From Chloroflexota bacterium (lineage in GTDB: Bacteria > Chloroflexota > Dormibacteria > CF-121), in NCBI GenBank assembly GCA_005889225.1, contig VBEW01000016.1:2229-66228 (forward strand): a stretch of 64,000 nt of DNA, read 5' to 3'. A program made the translations under genes and the position numbers. Position 1 is the stretch's first letter. Every line of letters begins with the position of its first letter. Positions 17,161-25,730 of this stretch are shown here, piece by piece. The notes under the pieces are model-generated. The model made no database searches. It was not told the DNA's origin and worked only from the letters and a program-made list of their open reading frames with translations.

Positions 17161-18531
17161 GTGATCGACGAGGCCTGGGCGCTGAAGCCGGCGCTCGAGC
17201 AAGCGCGGGCCATCGCAGCGAAGCAGCTGAAGCCCTCCGACCTGGTTGCGCTGTACTACGATCGCATCGCTCGCATCGATCCCGAGCTCAATTCCTACGT
17301 GCTGCTCACCCGTGAGCTCGCGGAAAGCCAGGCGACCGCCGCGGAAAAGCGGGTCGCGCGCGGCGAGCGGCTGGGCTTGCTGAACGGTGTGCCGATCTCG
17401 ATCAAGGAGACGTCGGCCCTCGCCGGCTATCGCAATAGCCTTGCCTCGCGCGTGTTCGAAAAATCCATCGCCCAGGTCGACGGCTTTGCCATCGGGCGCC
17501 TGAAGGAGGAGGGAGCGGTCATCCTCGGAAAGACGAATGCGTCGGAGTTCGGGACCCGCCCCGTCACCGAAGGGCCGATGTTTCCTCCAGCGCGCAACCC
17601 GGTTGACAAGAGCCGGACGGCGGGCGGCTCCAGTGGAGGCGCCGCCGCGGCGGTCGCCGCGGGACTTTGCGGCCTCGCCCAGGGCGGGGACGGCGGTGGA
17701 TCGATCCGGATCCCGGCCTCGTGCTGCGGCGTGGTTGGATTTAAGCCGGCGCGCGGCCGGATCTCCAGCGGCCCGCTGTTCGGCGAAGATTGGGCCGGTT
17801 TGTCCACCAACGGCGTGATCGCCCGAACGGTGGCGGATGCCGCTCTCGGCCTTGACGCCATGAGTGGTCACCTGTCGGGTGATCCCTACTGGGCCGACAT
17901 CGATCAACCGTTCCTTCCCGCGGCGCAACGTCAACCACCGACGCTACGCATTGGATGGACGGTGGATGCCCCCACCAGCGTTGACCCGGAGGTGGTGGCG
18001 GTGGTCGAATCAACCGCGAAGGCGCTCGCGCGTCTCGGTCATGCGGTGACCCGCGTCACGCCCGACCTCGCCCAGTTCCGCCCGCTGATCCAGACGCTCG
18101 CGGTTACTGCGGTCGGTTCCCTCCCCATCGAGCGGACCGAGCTGCTTGATCCGCTCAATCGACTGATGTTCGAAGCCGCATCATCGTCGACGGCGGTCGA
18201 CTACCTGCAGACGCTGACGCAGCTGCACCAGCAGGCCCGGAAATTGATCGCGACCTGGGACCGGATCGATGTGTTGCTGACGCCGACCCTGACCTACCCG
18301 GCGCCGAAAATCGGGACGCTCGGCCAGCACGTCGAGACCGCCTCGGCTGAGTTCCTGGACTGGTTGAGTTTCACGCACCCCTTCAACTGCACCGGGCAGC
18401 CGGCGATCAGTGTGCCGCTGGCGATGAGCAGAAGCGGACTGCCCATTGGAATCCAGCTGGTTGGCGGGCCGCGCGATGAATACACAATTCTTTCACTCGG
18501 CGCCCAGCTCGAAGCAACGGTCAGCAGTTAG
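17161..18531 (+). CDS. Amidase signature (AS) family enzyme (GatA-like amidase)
   Basis: GGSSGGAAAAVAAGL...GGDGGGSIRIPAS amidase signature; ~456 aa. Confidence 0.8.
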   Translation: MIDEAWALKPALEQARAIAAKQLKPSDLVALYYDRIARIDPELNSYVLLTRELAESQATAAEKRVARGERLGLLNGVPISIKETSALAGYRNSLASRVFEKSIAQVDGFAIGRLKEEGAVILGKTNASEFGTRPVTEGPMFPPARNPVDKSRTAGGSSGGAAAAVAAGLCGLAQGGDGGGSIRIPASCCGVVGFKPARGRISSGPLFGEDWAGLSTNGVIARTVADAALGLDAMSGHLSGDPYWADIDQPFLPAAQRQPPTLRIGWTVDAPTSVDPEVVAVVESTAKALARLGHAVTRVTPDLAQFRPLIQTLAVTAVGSLPIERTELLDPLNRLMFEAASSSTAVDYLQTLTQLHQQARKLIATWDRIDVLLTPTLTYPAPKIGTLGQHVETASAEFLDWLSFTHPFNCTGQPAISVPLAMSRSGLPIGIQLVGGPRDEYTILSLGAQLEATVSS

Positions 18532-18550
18532 TGGGATAGGATCCTTGGCG

Positions 18551-19438
18551 ATGGCTGCGGATTGGTTGCTGATCGATGGGTCGAGCGTAATGTTCCGCGC
18601 GTTCTTCGGCATCCCGGTGACGGCGTTCAAGGCGCCGGACGGCCAGCCGGTGAACGCCGTCCGCGGTTTCCTCGACATGCTCGCCCGCCTGGTGACAGAC
18701 CGTAAGCCGCGGGCCATCGTGGTGGCGACCGACGAGGATTGGCGCCCGAAATTTCGCGTCGACGTGATTCCCAGCTACAAGACCGCCCGCCTGGAGCGGG
18801 GCGCGATGCCGCCCGAGCTGGAGCCGCAGGAGCCGATCATCCGCGAAGTCCTGGCCGCCATCGGCGTGGAGGTGGTCGGCAGCGATGGTTTCGAGGCAGA
18901 GGACGTGATCGCCTCGTTATTGCTGAAGATCCGGGGCAAGGTCGAGATTGTGACCGGTGATCGCGATCTGTTTGCTCTGGTGCGCGATCCTGACGTGTGT
19001 GTCCTCTACACGCAGCAGGGAATCGGCCGGCTGCTGGTCGTCGATGAGGCCGAGGTGGAGCGCCGCTACGGGATTCCGGGGCGGTCGTACGGCGACTTTG
19101 CGGTGCTTCGTGGGGATCCGTCCGACGGACTTCCGGGGGTACCCGGCGTGGGGGAGAAGACGGCAGCCCAACTCGTCCGCCGCTACAAGAACCTGGACGG
19201 GATCATCGCCAGCGGCCGGCTTGGCGAAGCGGGCAACGCCTACGTCCAGCAGGCTCGCCGGGTGGGTGTGCCGGTCAGCATCGCACCCGTCGACACCCCG
19301 AAGGGGACGCGGCCGGCGAGGGCTCGTGACCCCCAGCGGCTCGCCGCCCTGAGCGAGAACTACGGCATCGCCGCTCCTGCGGAACGGCTGGTTCGCGCGC
19401 TGGCGGGACCTGCCCCAACCCCCGCCCCAATTGCCTAG
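18551..19438 (+). CDS. 5'-3' exonuclease (FEN/Pol I N-terminal domain family)
   Basis: LLIDGSSVMFRAFFG, VVATDEDWRPKFR, H3TH region GIPGVGEKTA; start at MAADWLL (18551) rather than track start. Confidence 0.75.
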   Translation: MAADWLLIDGSSVMFRAFFGIPVTAFKAPDGQPVNAVRGFLDMLARLVTDRKPRAIVVATDEDWRPKFRVDVIPSYKTARLERGAMPPELEPQEPIIREVLAAIGVEVVGSDGFEAEDVIASLLLKIRGKVEIVTGDRDLFALVRDPDVCVLYTQQGIGRLLVVDEAEVERRYGIPGRSYGDFAVLRGDPSDGLPGVPGVGEKTAAQLVRRYKNLDGIIASGRLGEAGNAYVQQARRVGVPVSIAPVDTPKGTRPARARDPQRLAALSENYGIAAPAERLVRALAGPAPTPAPIA

Positions 19439-19568
19439 CAGAAAGAGGCCGTAGAAGGCACCACGCGGGGAAAGCGGAGGGCGCCTCTACGGCGATGCCG
19501 GGAGATCGCGACCATCCGATAACGCGCAAGGGGCCTGGCGCGTTACGGCTTATATTGGCGGCTGCAGC

Positions 19569-19838
19569 ATGCTTGATCCGAAGCACCGCGTCATCATCGA
19601 GTTCTGCGTCCCTTGAAACTACCTGGACCAGGCGGTCGGCCTGGCGGCGGAGATCCTGGGAGCCTGGGCGCCCATCATGGTCGACGTTTCCCTGCGCTCC
19701 GGCAGTAAGGGTAGGTTCGAAGTGACCCTGGACGACCAGCTGATCTTCAGCAAGGTGACGCTGCGCCGGTTCCCGCGTCCGGGCGAAATCCTCAGACTCG
19801 CGGAGCCGACGCTTGGCCCCGCGCTCGACTGGCGTTAG
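19569..19838 (+). CDS. SelW/Rdx-family selenoprotein with in-frame UGA (Sec) in CxxU redox motif
   Basis: Translation MLDPKHRVIIEFCVP-U-NYLDQAVGLAAEILGAWAPIMVDVSLRSGSKGRFEVTLDDQLIFSKVTLRRFPRPGEILRLAEPTLGPALDWR with TGA at 19614-19616; flanks match Rdx CxxC/CxxU and G-FEV-FSK motifs; SECIS-like hairpin CCAGGC-GGUCG-GCCUGG at 19628-19644. Confidence 0.6.
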
Positions 19839-21027
19839 CACCCTGTTCCGGCGTCCGCTTCCCTTCCTGCTTGCGCTGGTGCTGGCGGTCGCCGGATTTC
19901 AGTACGCTCGCCCGCTGCCGGTGACCGCGGCGACGTCGATCGTTCCCGTGGCGCAGCGCATCGGCACGGCGCCCGCATTGCCCTGGCCCGCGCAGGGGGC
20001 GGCGGCCCTCGTCATCGATGGCCTCGGCCCCGTAGGAAGCTCGGGCGGTACCGCGCCACTGCCGATGGCCAGCACGGCGAAGATGATGACCGCCTTGATC
20101 GTGCTGGAGGACCATCCGCTCGCGCTCAATGATCCAGGCCCCCTGATCGTGGTGTCGCGGGCGGATGTTTCGACCTATGTCGCCGAGCAGAACCAGGGTA
20201 AGTCGGTGCTGCCGGTGGTGGCCGGTGAGCGGCTCACTGAATATCAGTTGCTGCAGGGGCTGCTGCTGCCCTCGGCCAGCAACTTCGCGGACATGTTGGC
20301 CACCTGGGATGTCGGCAGCGTGCCTGCCTTTGTCAATCGGATGAATGCCCGCGCAGCCTCGCTCGGAATGAGCGCGACCCACTACGCGGATGTGAGTGGG
20401 TTCTCCCCGCTCAGTGTCAGCATCCCGTCGGACCTCATCGTCCTGGCGCAGACCGCCATGCAACTGCCGGTCTTCGCCCAAATCGTCGCTCAGCCGCAGG
20501 CCACCCTGCCGGTCAACGGCGTCATCCGTAACCTCGATGCCTTGCTGGGCCAGGGCGGTATCGTGGGGATCAAGACGGGTCACACCGACCAGGCGGGCGG
20601 TTGCTTCGTGGTGGCGGCCGACCTGAGCATCGACGGTCAGCCGGCACGGGTGTATGGCGCGGTGATGGGCCAGCCTGGTGCGCTCCAAGGGGCGTTTGCC
20701 GCGACCACAACCCTGTTGCGGGCGCTGGCACCAGTGCTCCACCTTCGAACGGTCGTCCACCGCGACGACGTGATTGCACGCTATCAGACGCCCTGGGCCG
20801 AATCGGGGACGATCGTCGCCGCTCAATCCGTCGCCTGGGTATTGATTGATGGCACCACGCTCGCGGGCCGCGTCAAGCTCGACGACCTGCCCTCCACGCT
20901 GCCGGCGGCGACGCGCGTCGGCACGCTGTCCCTTGACGCGGGATTGCACCGAGCACAAGTGCCGTTGATATTGGCGTCGGCGGTGAATGGTCCGGATCTT
21001 GGCTGGCGCCTGACGCGAGGCTTCTGA
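19813..21027 (+). CDS. D-alanyl-D-alanine carboxypeptidase (peptidase S11, PBP5-like), secreted
   Basis: SXXK (STAK), SXN (SASN), KTG (KTGHT) motifs; N-terminal signal peptide; TTG start assumed, overlaps SelW-like gene by ~26 nt. Confidence 0.75.
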   Translation: MAPRSTGVSTLFRRPLPFLLALVLAVAGFQYARPLPVTAATSIVPVAQRIGTAPALPWPAQGAAALVIDGLGPVGSSGGTAPLPMASTAKMMTALIVLEDHPLALNDPGPLIVVSRADVSTYVAEQNQGKSVLPVVAGERLTEYQLLQGLLLPSASNFADMLATWDVGSVPAFVNRMNARAASLGMSATHYADVSGFSPLSVSIPSDLIVLAQTAMQLPVFAQIVAQPQATLPVNGVIRNLDALLGQGGIVGIKTGHTDQAGGCFVVAADLSIDGQPARVYGAVMGQPGALQGAFAATTTLLRALAPVLHLRTVVHRDDVIARYQTPWAESGTIVAAQSVAWVLIDGTTLAGRVKLDDLPSTLPAATRVGTLSLDAGLHRAQVPLILASAVNGPDLGWRLTRGF

Positions 21028-21126
21028 GCTTGCTAGCCGGTTCGGCGTTTGCCATAGCCGAGCCCGGGTATAAACCCGCTGACAGCATTTTGATGGGTCT
21101 CAGTTAGGAAGGGAGGATCGGATCCT

Positions 21127-22383
21127 GTGAGTGGAAATCTGCCGACGTCAGCTGTCGACACATCCGCTTCGGACAGCGCTCTGTTACTGGGCTCACCGCA
21201 GCCCGTGCCATCTTTGACTGATACGGATGCGCCGGCTGTTGTGAGGGTCGATCCGTCGATCGCGACCCGCATCGACGCCATCGTCAGCGACTACGTCAAG
21301 GGGTTGACCTCCCTTGACCCTAACTCGCCGGACTTCGCCGCGAAGGTCCGTGCGATTCACGCCATGGCCAGCGACGATATCCGCCAATCAGCGAGCGTCT
21401 CGAACCGCCTGCTGGATAAACCCATAAAAGCCATGGAATCAGGCCTGTTCAACCAGAGCACCGCCGTTTCGAAGTCGCTCGTGGAGCTTCGGCGGACGGT
21501 GGAAGACCTCGATCCTTCAGCCCATGACCTGCTCAATCCCAAGCGTCTCCTTGGGCTGGTACCCCTTGGCAAACGCCTGCGTGATTACTTCGGCCGATAT
21601 CAATCGGCGCAAGGTCATCTGAACGCGATCGTCCAGGCGCTCTATCGAGGCCAGGACGAGCTGCGCCAGGATAACGCGGCGATTGAACAAGAAAAGGTCA
21701 ACATCTGGTCGATCAAGGGCAGCCTGGAACAGTACATCTACATGGCCGGAAAGCTCGATGCGACGCTCGAGGCAGAAATTGACCAAATCGGCCAGACCGA
21801 TCCCGGGCGAGCGAAGCTGCTCCGCGAGGATCTGCTTTTCTACATCCGGCAGAAACGCCAGGACCTGCTCACCCAGCTGGCGGTCAACGCGCAGGGTTAT
21901 CTTGCGCTCGAGCTTGTGCGCAAGAGCAACCTGGAACTGATCAAGGGAGTCGATCGGGCGACGACCACCACCGTGTCCGCCCTTCGCACGGCCGTCATGG
22001 TGGCGCAAGCCCTCGTCAACCAGAAATTAGTCTTGAACCAGATCGCGGCGCTCACGACCACGACCGGGCATCTAATTGAGTCGACATCGGGGATGCTGCG
22101 TGATCAGACGGGTCAGGTGCACGACCTTGGGGCCGATGCGATCGTGGGTATCGAGAAGCTGCAGGCGGCCTTTGCCAACGTCTACGCCGCCCTGGATACC
22201 ATCGATGCCTACAAGCTTGAAGCGCTCGACAGCATGCGGAAGACGGTGGTCGCTCTTACGAGCGAGGTCACCAGGGCGCAGTCTTATCTGGAGCGTGCGC
22301 GAAATGCCCCCGCCACCAAGCGGATTGGGAGCGGCGGCCCGGCCGATCTTTCGCTGGAGGGACCTGCCGCCCCATCTAAATAG
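21127..22383 (+). CDS. TelA/YaaN family toxic anion resistance protein
   Basis: ~418 aa helical protein; conserved YFGRYQSAQGHLNAIVQALYRGQDELRQDNAAIEQEK block as in TelA/KlaA/YaaN. Confidence 0.7.
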   Translation: MSGNLPTSAVDTSASDSALLLGSPQPVPSLTDTDAPAVVRVDPSIATRIDAIVSDYVKGLTSLDPNSPDFAAKVRAIHAMASDDIRQSASVSNRLLDKPIKAMESGLFNQSTAVSKSLVELRRTVEDLDPSAHDLLNPKRLLGLVPLGKRLRDYFGRYQSAQGHLNAIVQALYRGQDELRQDNAAIEQEKVNIWSIKGSLEQYIYMAGKLDATLEAEIDQIGQTDPGRAKLLREDLLFYIRQKRQDLLTQLAVNAQGYLALELVRKSNLELIKGVDRATTTTVSALRTAVMVAQALVNQKLVLNQIAALTTTTGHLIESTSGMLRDQTGQVHDLGADAIVGIEKLQAAFANVYAALDTIDAYKLEALDSMRKTVVALTSEVTRAQSYLERARNAPATKRIGSGGPADLSLEGPAAPSK

Positions 22384-22434
22384 GCGCCTGCCATCCTTCA
22401 CGCCGTCAGTGCTACTGTGAAAACGAGGGCAGGC

Positions 22435-22566
22435 ATGGGATTCACGAGCAAGCCCGTCAGGGTGATCGAGATACCGGAACCAGCGTCGGAGCCACTGCTC
22501 GCTCCCGAGCGAGAGCCGGAGCCGAGCAGAAGGGAAGAAGAGGTTCCGGCGACCACGCCGGCATGA
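22435..22566 (+). CDS. Possible 43-aa Pro/Glu-rich mini-ORF coupled (ATGA) to downstream gene
   Basis: ATG with GAGGG SD; stop overlaps ATG of 22563 gene; not in ORF track (<60 aa). Confidence 0.25.
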   Translation: MGFTSKPVRVIEIPEPASEPLLAPEREPEPSRREEEVPATTPA

Positions 22567-23159
22567 TTCCCGCGGTCGGCTATCGCTTCTGGCGGGTCGA
22601 TCCCGATGACGCCTGGACCCGTGGCCGGCTGCAATCGCCGGTGGCCGAGACGTTGTGGCCGCCGCTGGAGAGCCTCAGTGCGGAATGCCAGACCCGCCCC
22701 GGTCTGCGTCTCGCTCGGGCCGGCCTGCACCGGACCGAGGAAGACCGGGTCTCGCCGGAGCCGGGCTGCAGCTGCGGCATCTATGCCTACCACGACATCG
22801 TGCCGATGACCCGCGCGCTCCGCGAGGAGCCCTTCATGTTCGGTGGGGCGGTCCTCTGCTGGGGTCGGGTGGTGATCCATCCGGAGGGGCTCAGGGCCCA
22901 ACACGTCCGCCCGCTCGCGCTCTGTCGCCCGGAGAGCCCGATCGTGCAGCAACGAACGGCCGTGCTGCTCGACGAGGTGACCAAGGAGTATGCGATCCCG
23001 CTGCTCGATCTCAAAGACCTGGTGGCCTACGCGAGCGAGTTCGGTGCGAGCTACAAGCCCGAGCCGTCCCAGCCGGCCCGCCGCGGACTGGACCGAGTGC
23101 GTGATGCACTCTCACTCCGCCGGATCGTTCGCCGGCTGGGCAAAGCGATCGGCGGTTAG
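22563..23159 (+). CDS. Hypothetical cytoplasmic protein with CSCG...H motif (possible papain-fold/NlpC-P60-like hydrolase)
   Basis: Non-biased composition; GCSCGIYAYH and GRVVIHPEG reminiscent of Cys/His hydrolase motifs; no confident family. Confidence 0.5.
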   Translation: MIPAVGYRFWRVDPDDAWTRGRLQSPVAETLWPPLESLSAECQTRPGLRLARAGLHRTEEDRVSPEPGCSCGIYAYHDIVPMTRALREEPFMFGGAVLCWGRVVIHPEGLRAQHVRPLALCRPESPIVQQRTAVLLDEVTKEYAIPLLDLKDLVAYASEFGASYKPEPSQPARRGLDRVRDALSLRRIVRRLGKAIGG

Positions 23160-23279
23160 CGCCCGATCCGTGCCCCGCGCTTAGGGTTCAGCCGGCACGA
23201 TGTCGAACACCGCGTGCATGTGCCGTCGTAAGATCGCGCTTCCGGCGGACCACAGCCGACCGCGCCGACAAGAACCGCG

Positions 23280-24944
23280 ATGAGGATGAATGACGGCGCG
23301 GATGTGATCGTGGTTGGCGGTGGCCTCGCTGGGCTGGTCGCCACCGCCGAGCTCGCCGACGCCGGGCGGCGGGTGATCCTCGTTGAACAGGAGCCAGAGC
23401 CGTGGTTGGGTGGGCAGGCGTTCTGGTCGTTCGGTGGCCTCTTCCTGGTGAACTCACCCGAGCAGCGGCGACTTGGGGTTCGCGACTCCCCTGAGTGCGC
23501 GCTGAAAGACTGGATGGCGACAGCCGGCTTCGACCGCCCCGAGGACCAGTGGCCGCGGAAGTGGGCGGAGGCGTACGTTGCCTTCGCCGCCGGTGAGAAG
23601 CGCGCCTGGCTGCATCAGCAGGGCATTCGCTTCTTCCCGATCGTCGGGTGGGCGGAGCGCGGCGGCTACGGACCGAGCGGCCCGGGCAACTCTGTTCCGC
23701 GCTTTCACATCACCTGGGGCACCGGCCCCGGCGTGGTGGCCCCATTCGAGCGGCGGGTGCGGCAGGCGGTGGCGAACCGTGTGGTCACGATGAAATTCCG
23801 GCACCGCGTCGATGGCCTTACTCGGGCGGACGGCGTTGTGGACGGCGTGCGCGGCGCGATCCTCGAGCCGAGCGCTGCGGCGCGCGGGACACCCAGCTCG
23901 AGAGTTCAGGTCGCCGAATTCGAGCTGCGCGCGCAGGCCGTGATCGTGACCGCGGGCGGCATCGGCGCCAACCATGAGCTGGTTCGGGCCAGCTGGCCGG
24001 CGCGGCTAGGGGCGGCGCCCCATCGGATGCTGAGCGGTGTCCCGGCTCATGTCGATGGCCGGATGCTCGCCATTGCCGAGGCGGCAGGCGGAACCGTTAT
24101 CAATCGGGATCGGATGTGGCACTACGTCGAAGGAATCCAGAACTGGAACCCCATCTGGCCCAACCATGGCATCCGGATCTTGCCGGGCCCGTCCTCGATT
24201 TGGCTCGACGCGCTGGGCCGTCGACTGCCGGCTCCGCTCTTCCCGGGCTTCGACACGCTCGGTACCCTCCAGCGCATCGCCAGGAGCGGATTCGACTACT
24301 CGTGGTTCGTCCTGAACCAGCGAATCATTCGGCGGGAGTTTGCGCTCTCGGGATCCGAACAGAATCCCGACTTGACGAACAAGGACATTCGGTTGCTGTT
24401 GCAACGCGTGGTCTCGAGGTCCGGTCCGGCGCCGGTCGAGGCGTTCAAGCAACGGGGAGCGGATTTCGTGGTGGCGAGCACGCTCGATGAACTGGTTCGA
24501 GGAATGAATGCCTTGACGGGCGAGCCGCGAATCGATTACGTCAAGCTCGAGGCGGAGATCACGGCTCGTGATCGCGATGTTGACAATCCATCTGCTGGCG
24601 ACGAGCAGGTGCGGGCGATTCGTGCGGCTCGCCGCTACCTCGGCGATCGGCTGATCCGTGTGGCGCGGCCGCACCGGCTCCTCGATCGGCCGGCGGGCCC
24701 CCTGATCGCGGTTCGCCTGCAGATACTGACCCGCAAGACGCTCGGCGGACTGCAAACCGATCTGTCGGCGCGGGTTCTTGGCGCTGACGGGACGCCCGTG
24801 CCTGGGCTCTATGCCGCCGGTGAAGTCGCCGGGTTCGGTGGTGGCGGGATGCATGGCTACCGCTCGCTTGAGGGGACGTTTCTTGGCGGCTGCCTGTTCT
24901 CCGGCCGCACTGCCGGGAGGGCGGTCGCGGCTGCTCTCTCGTAG
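23280..24944 (+). CDS. FAD-binding dehydrogenase (KsdD/fumarate reductase flavoprotein-like family)
   Basis: N-terminal DVIVVGGGLAGLVATAELADAGRRVILVEQE Rossmann FAD motif; C-terminal LYAAGEVAGFGGGGMHGY; ~554 aa. Confidence 0.75.
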   Translation: MRMNDGADVIVVGGGLAGLVATAELADAGRRVILVEQEPEPWLGGQAFWSFGGLFLVNSPEQRRLGVRDSPECALKDWMATAGFDRPEDQWPRKWAEAYVAFAAGEKRAWLHQQGIRFFPIVGWAERGGYGPSGPGNSVPRFHITWGTGPGVVAPFERRVRQAVANRVVTMKFRHRVDGLTRADGVVDGVRGAILEPSAAARGTPSSRVQVAEFELRAQAVIVTAGGIGANHELVRASWPARLGAAPHRMLSGVPAHVDGRMLAIAEAAGGTVINRDRMWHYVEGIQNWNPIWPNHGIRILPGPSSIWLDALGRRLPAPLFPGFDTLGTLQRIARSGFDYSWFVLNQRIIRREFALSGSEQNPDLTNKDIRLLLQRVVSRSGPAPVEAFKQRGADFVVASTLDELVRGMNALTGEPRIDYVKLEAEITARDRDVDNPSAGDEQVRAIRAARRYLGDRLIRVARPHRLLDRPAGPLIAVRLQILTRKTLGGLQTDLSARVLGADGTPVPGLYAAGEVAGFGGGGMHGYRSLEGTFLGGCLFSGRTAGRAVAAALS

Positions 24945-24965
24945 GGCCTCAGATAGGATTCCCCG

Positions 24966-25709
24966 GTGGCCTCCGAGATTTCCGCCTACCCGAAGGAAGG
25001 GGTCGAGCTGCGGCTGATCGAACGCTTCGTGAGTCTCCGCCGCAAGCGCGTTCTCGAGGTCGGCTGCGGCGACGGACGGCTGACGTTCCAGTATGCCCCC
25101 ATCGCGTCCTCGGTCCTGGCCATCGATCCCGATCGACTCAGCATCGACGAAGCCGCCGCGGAGCAACATCGCCGCCGGATCGCCAACATCGATTTCCAGG
25201 TTGGTTCGATCGAGCGCCTGGCCGCTCGCGGCGCCCCGTTTGATGTCGCCCTCTTCAGCTGGTCACTTTGATGAATCGCGCCCACGGGCATGGTCTATGC
25301 CCTCCGGCGAGCGGCAGGCCGGCTGCGTGCCGGCGGAAAGCTGATCAGCATCCGACCGCACCTGACCCGACGGCCAACGGTCGCAATCCTTGCCGGTGAG
25401 CGTCGGTTGCCGGTCGCGACACTGCTCGAAACGAACTTTGAACGCAACCTGGATGCCGCCGAGTCAGCCCTGCGCCGGGTTGTCGACGAAGGCCCGTTCA
25501 AGCCTGCCGGCCTCCGGTCCGCGCAGTTCCGCACGTACCTGGAGCGTCCGTCGCAGATGCGCACCTACCTCGAGCTGATCTACCCGCCTCGTCCGCGATT
25601 TCCTCCGGGTGGTCGCGCCAGGCTGTACGAAATGTGGGACGCGGCACCCCGGGGAGCGCGCATCGAAGTCACTGAATCGCTGATCCTGAACGCGCTGCGA
25701 CGCCGCTAA
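24966..25709 (+). pseudogene. Class I SAM-dependent methyltransferase interrupted by tandem in-frame TGA TGA (25269-25274)
   Basis: VLEVGCGDGRLT motif I upstream; ...FDVALFSWSL-*-*-IAPTGMVYALRRAAGRLRAGGKLISI downstream in the same frame; the two stops sit where LHH/LWW-type residues are expected. Confidence 0.55.
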
Positions 25710-25730
25710 CCCGAGCCGGCCTGGAAACCC

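Noticed and set aside
22398-22952. 184-aa minus-strand ORF between telA and the FAD dehydrogenase
   Set aside because: Ala/Arg/Pro-rich and antisense to a plus-strand gene pair with SD sequences and ATGA coupling.
25269-25274. Tandem TGA TGA as a double selenocysteine site
   Set aside because: No SECIS-like hairpin follows, the position corresponds to ordinary LHH/LWW residues of methyltransferases, and TGA is the normal stop of most genes here. Pseudogene or sequencing error is more likely.
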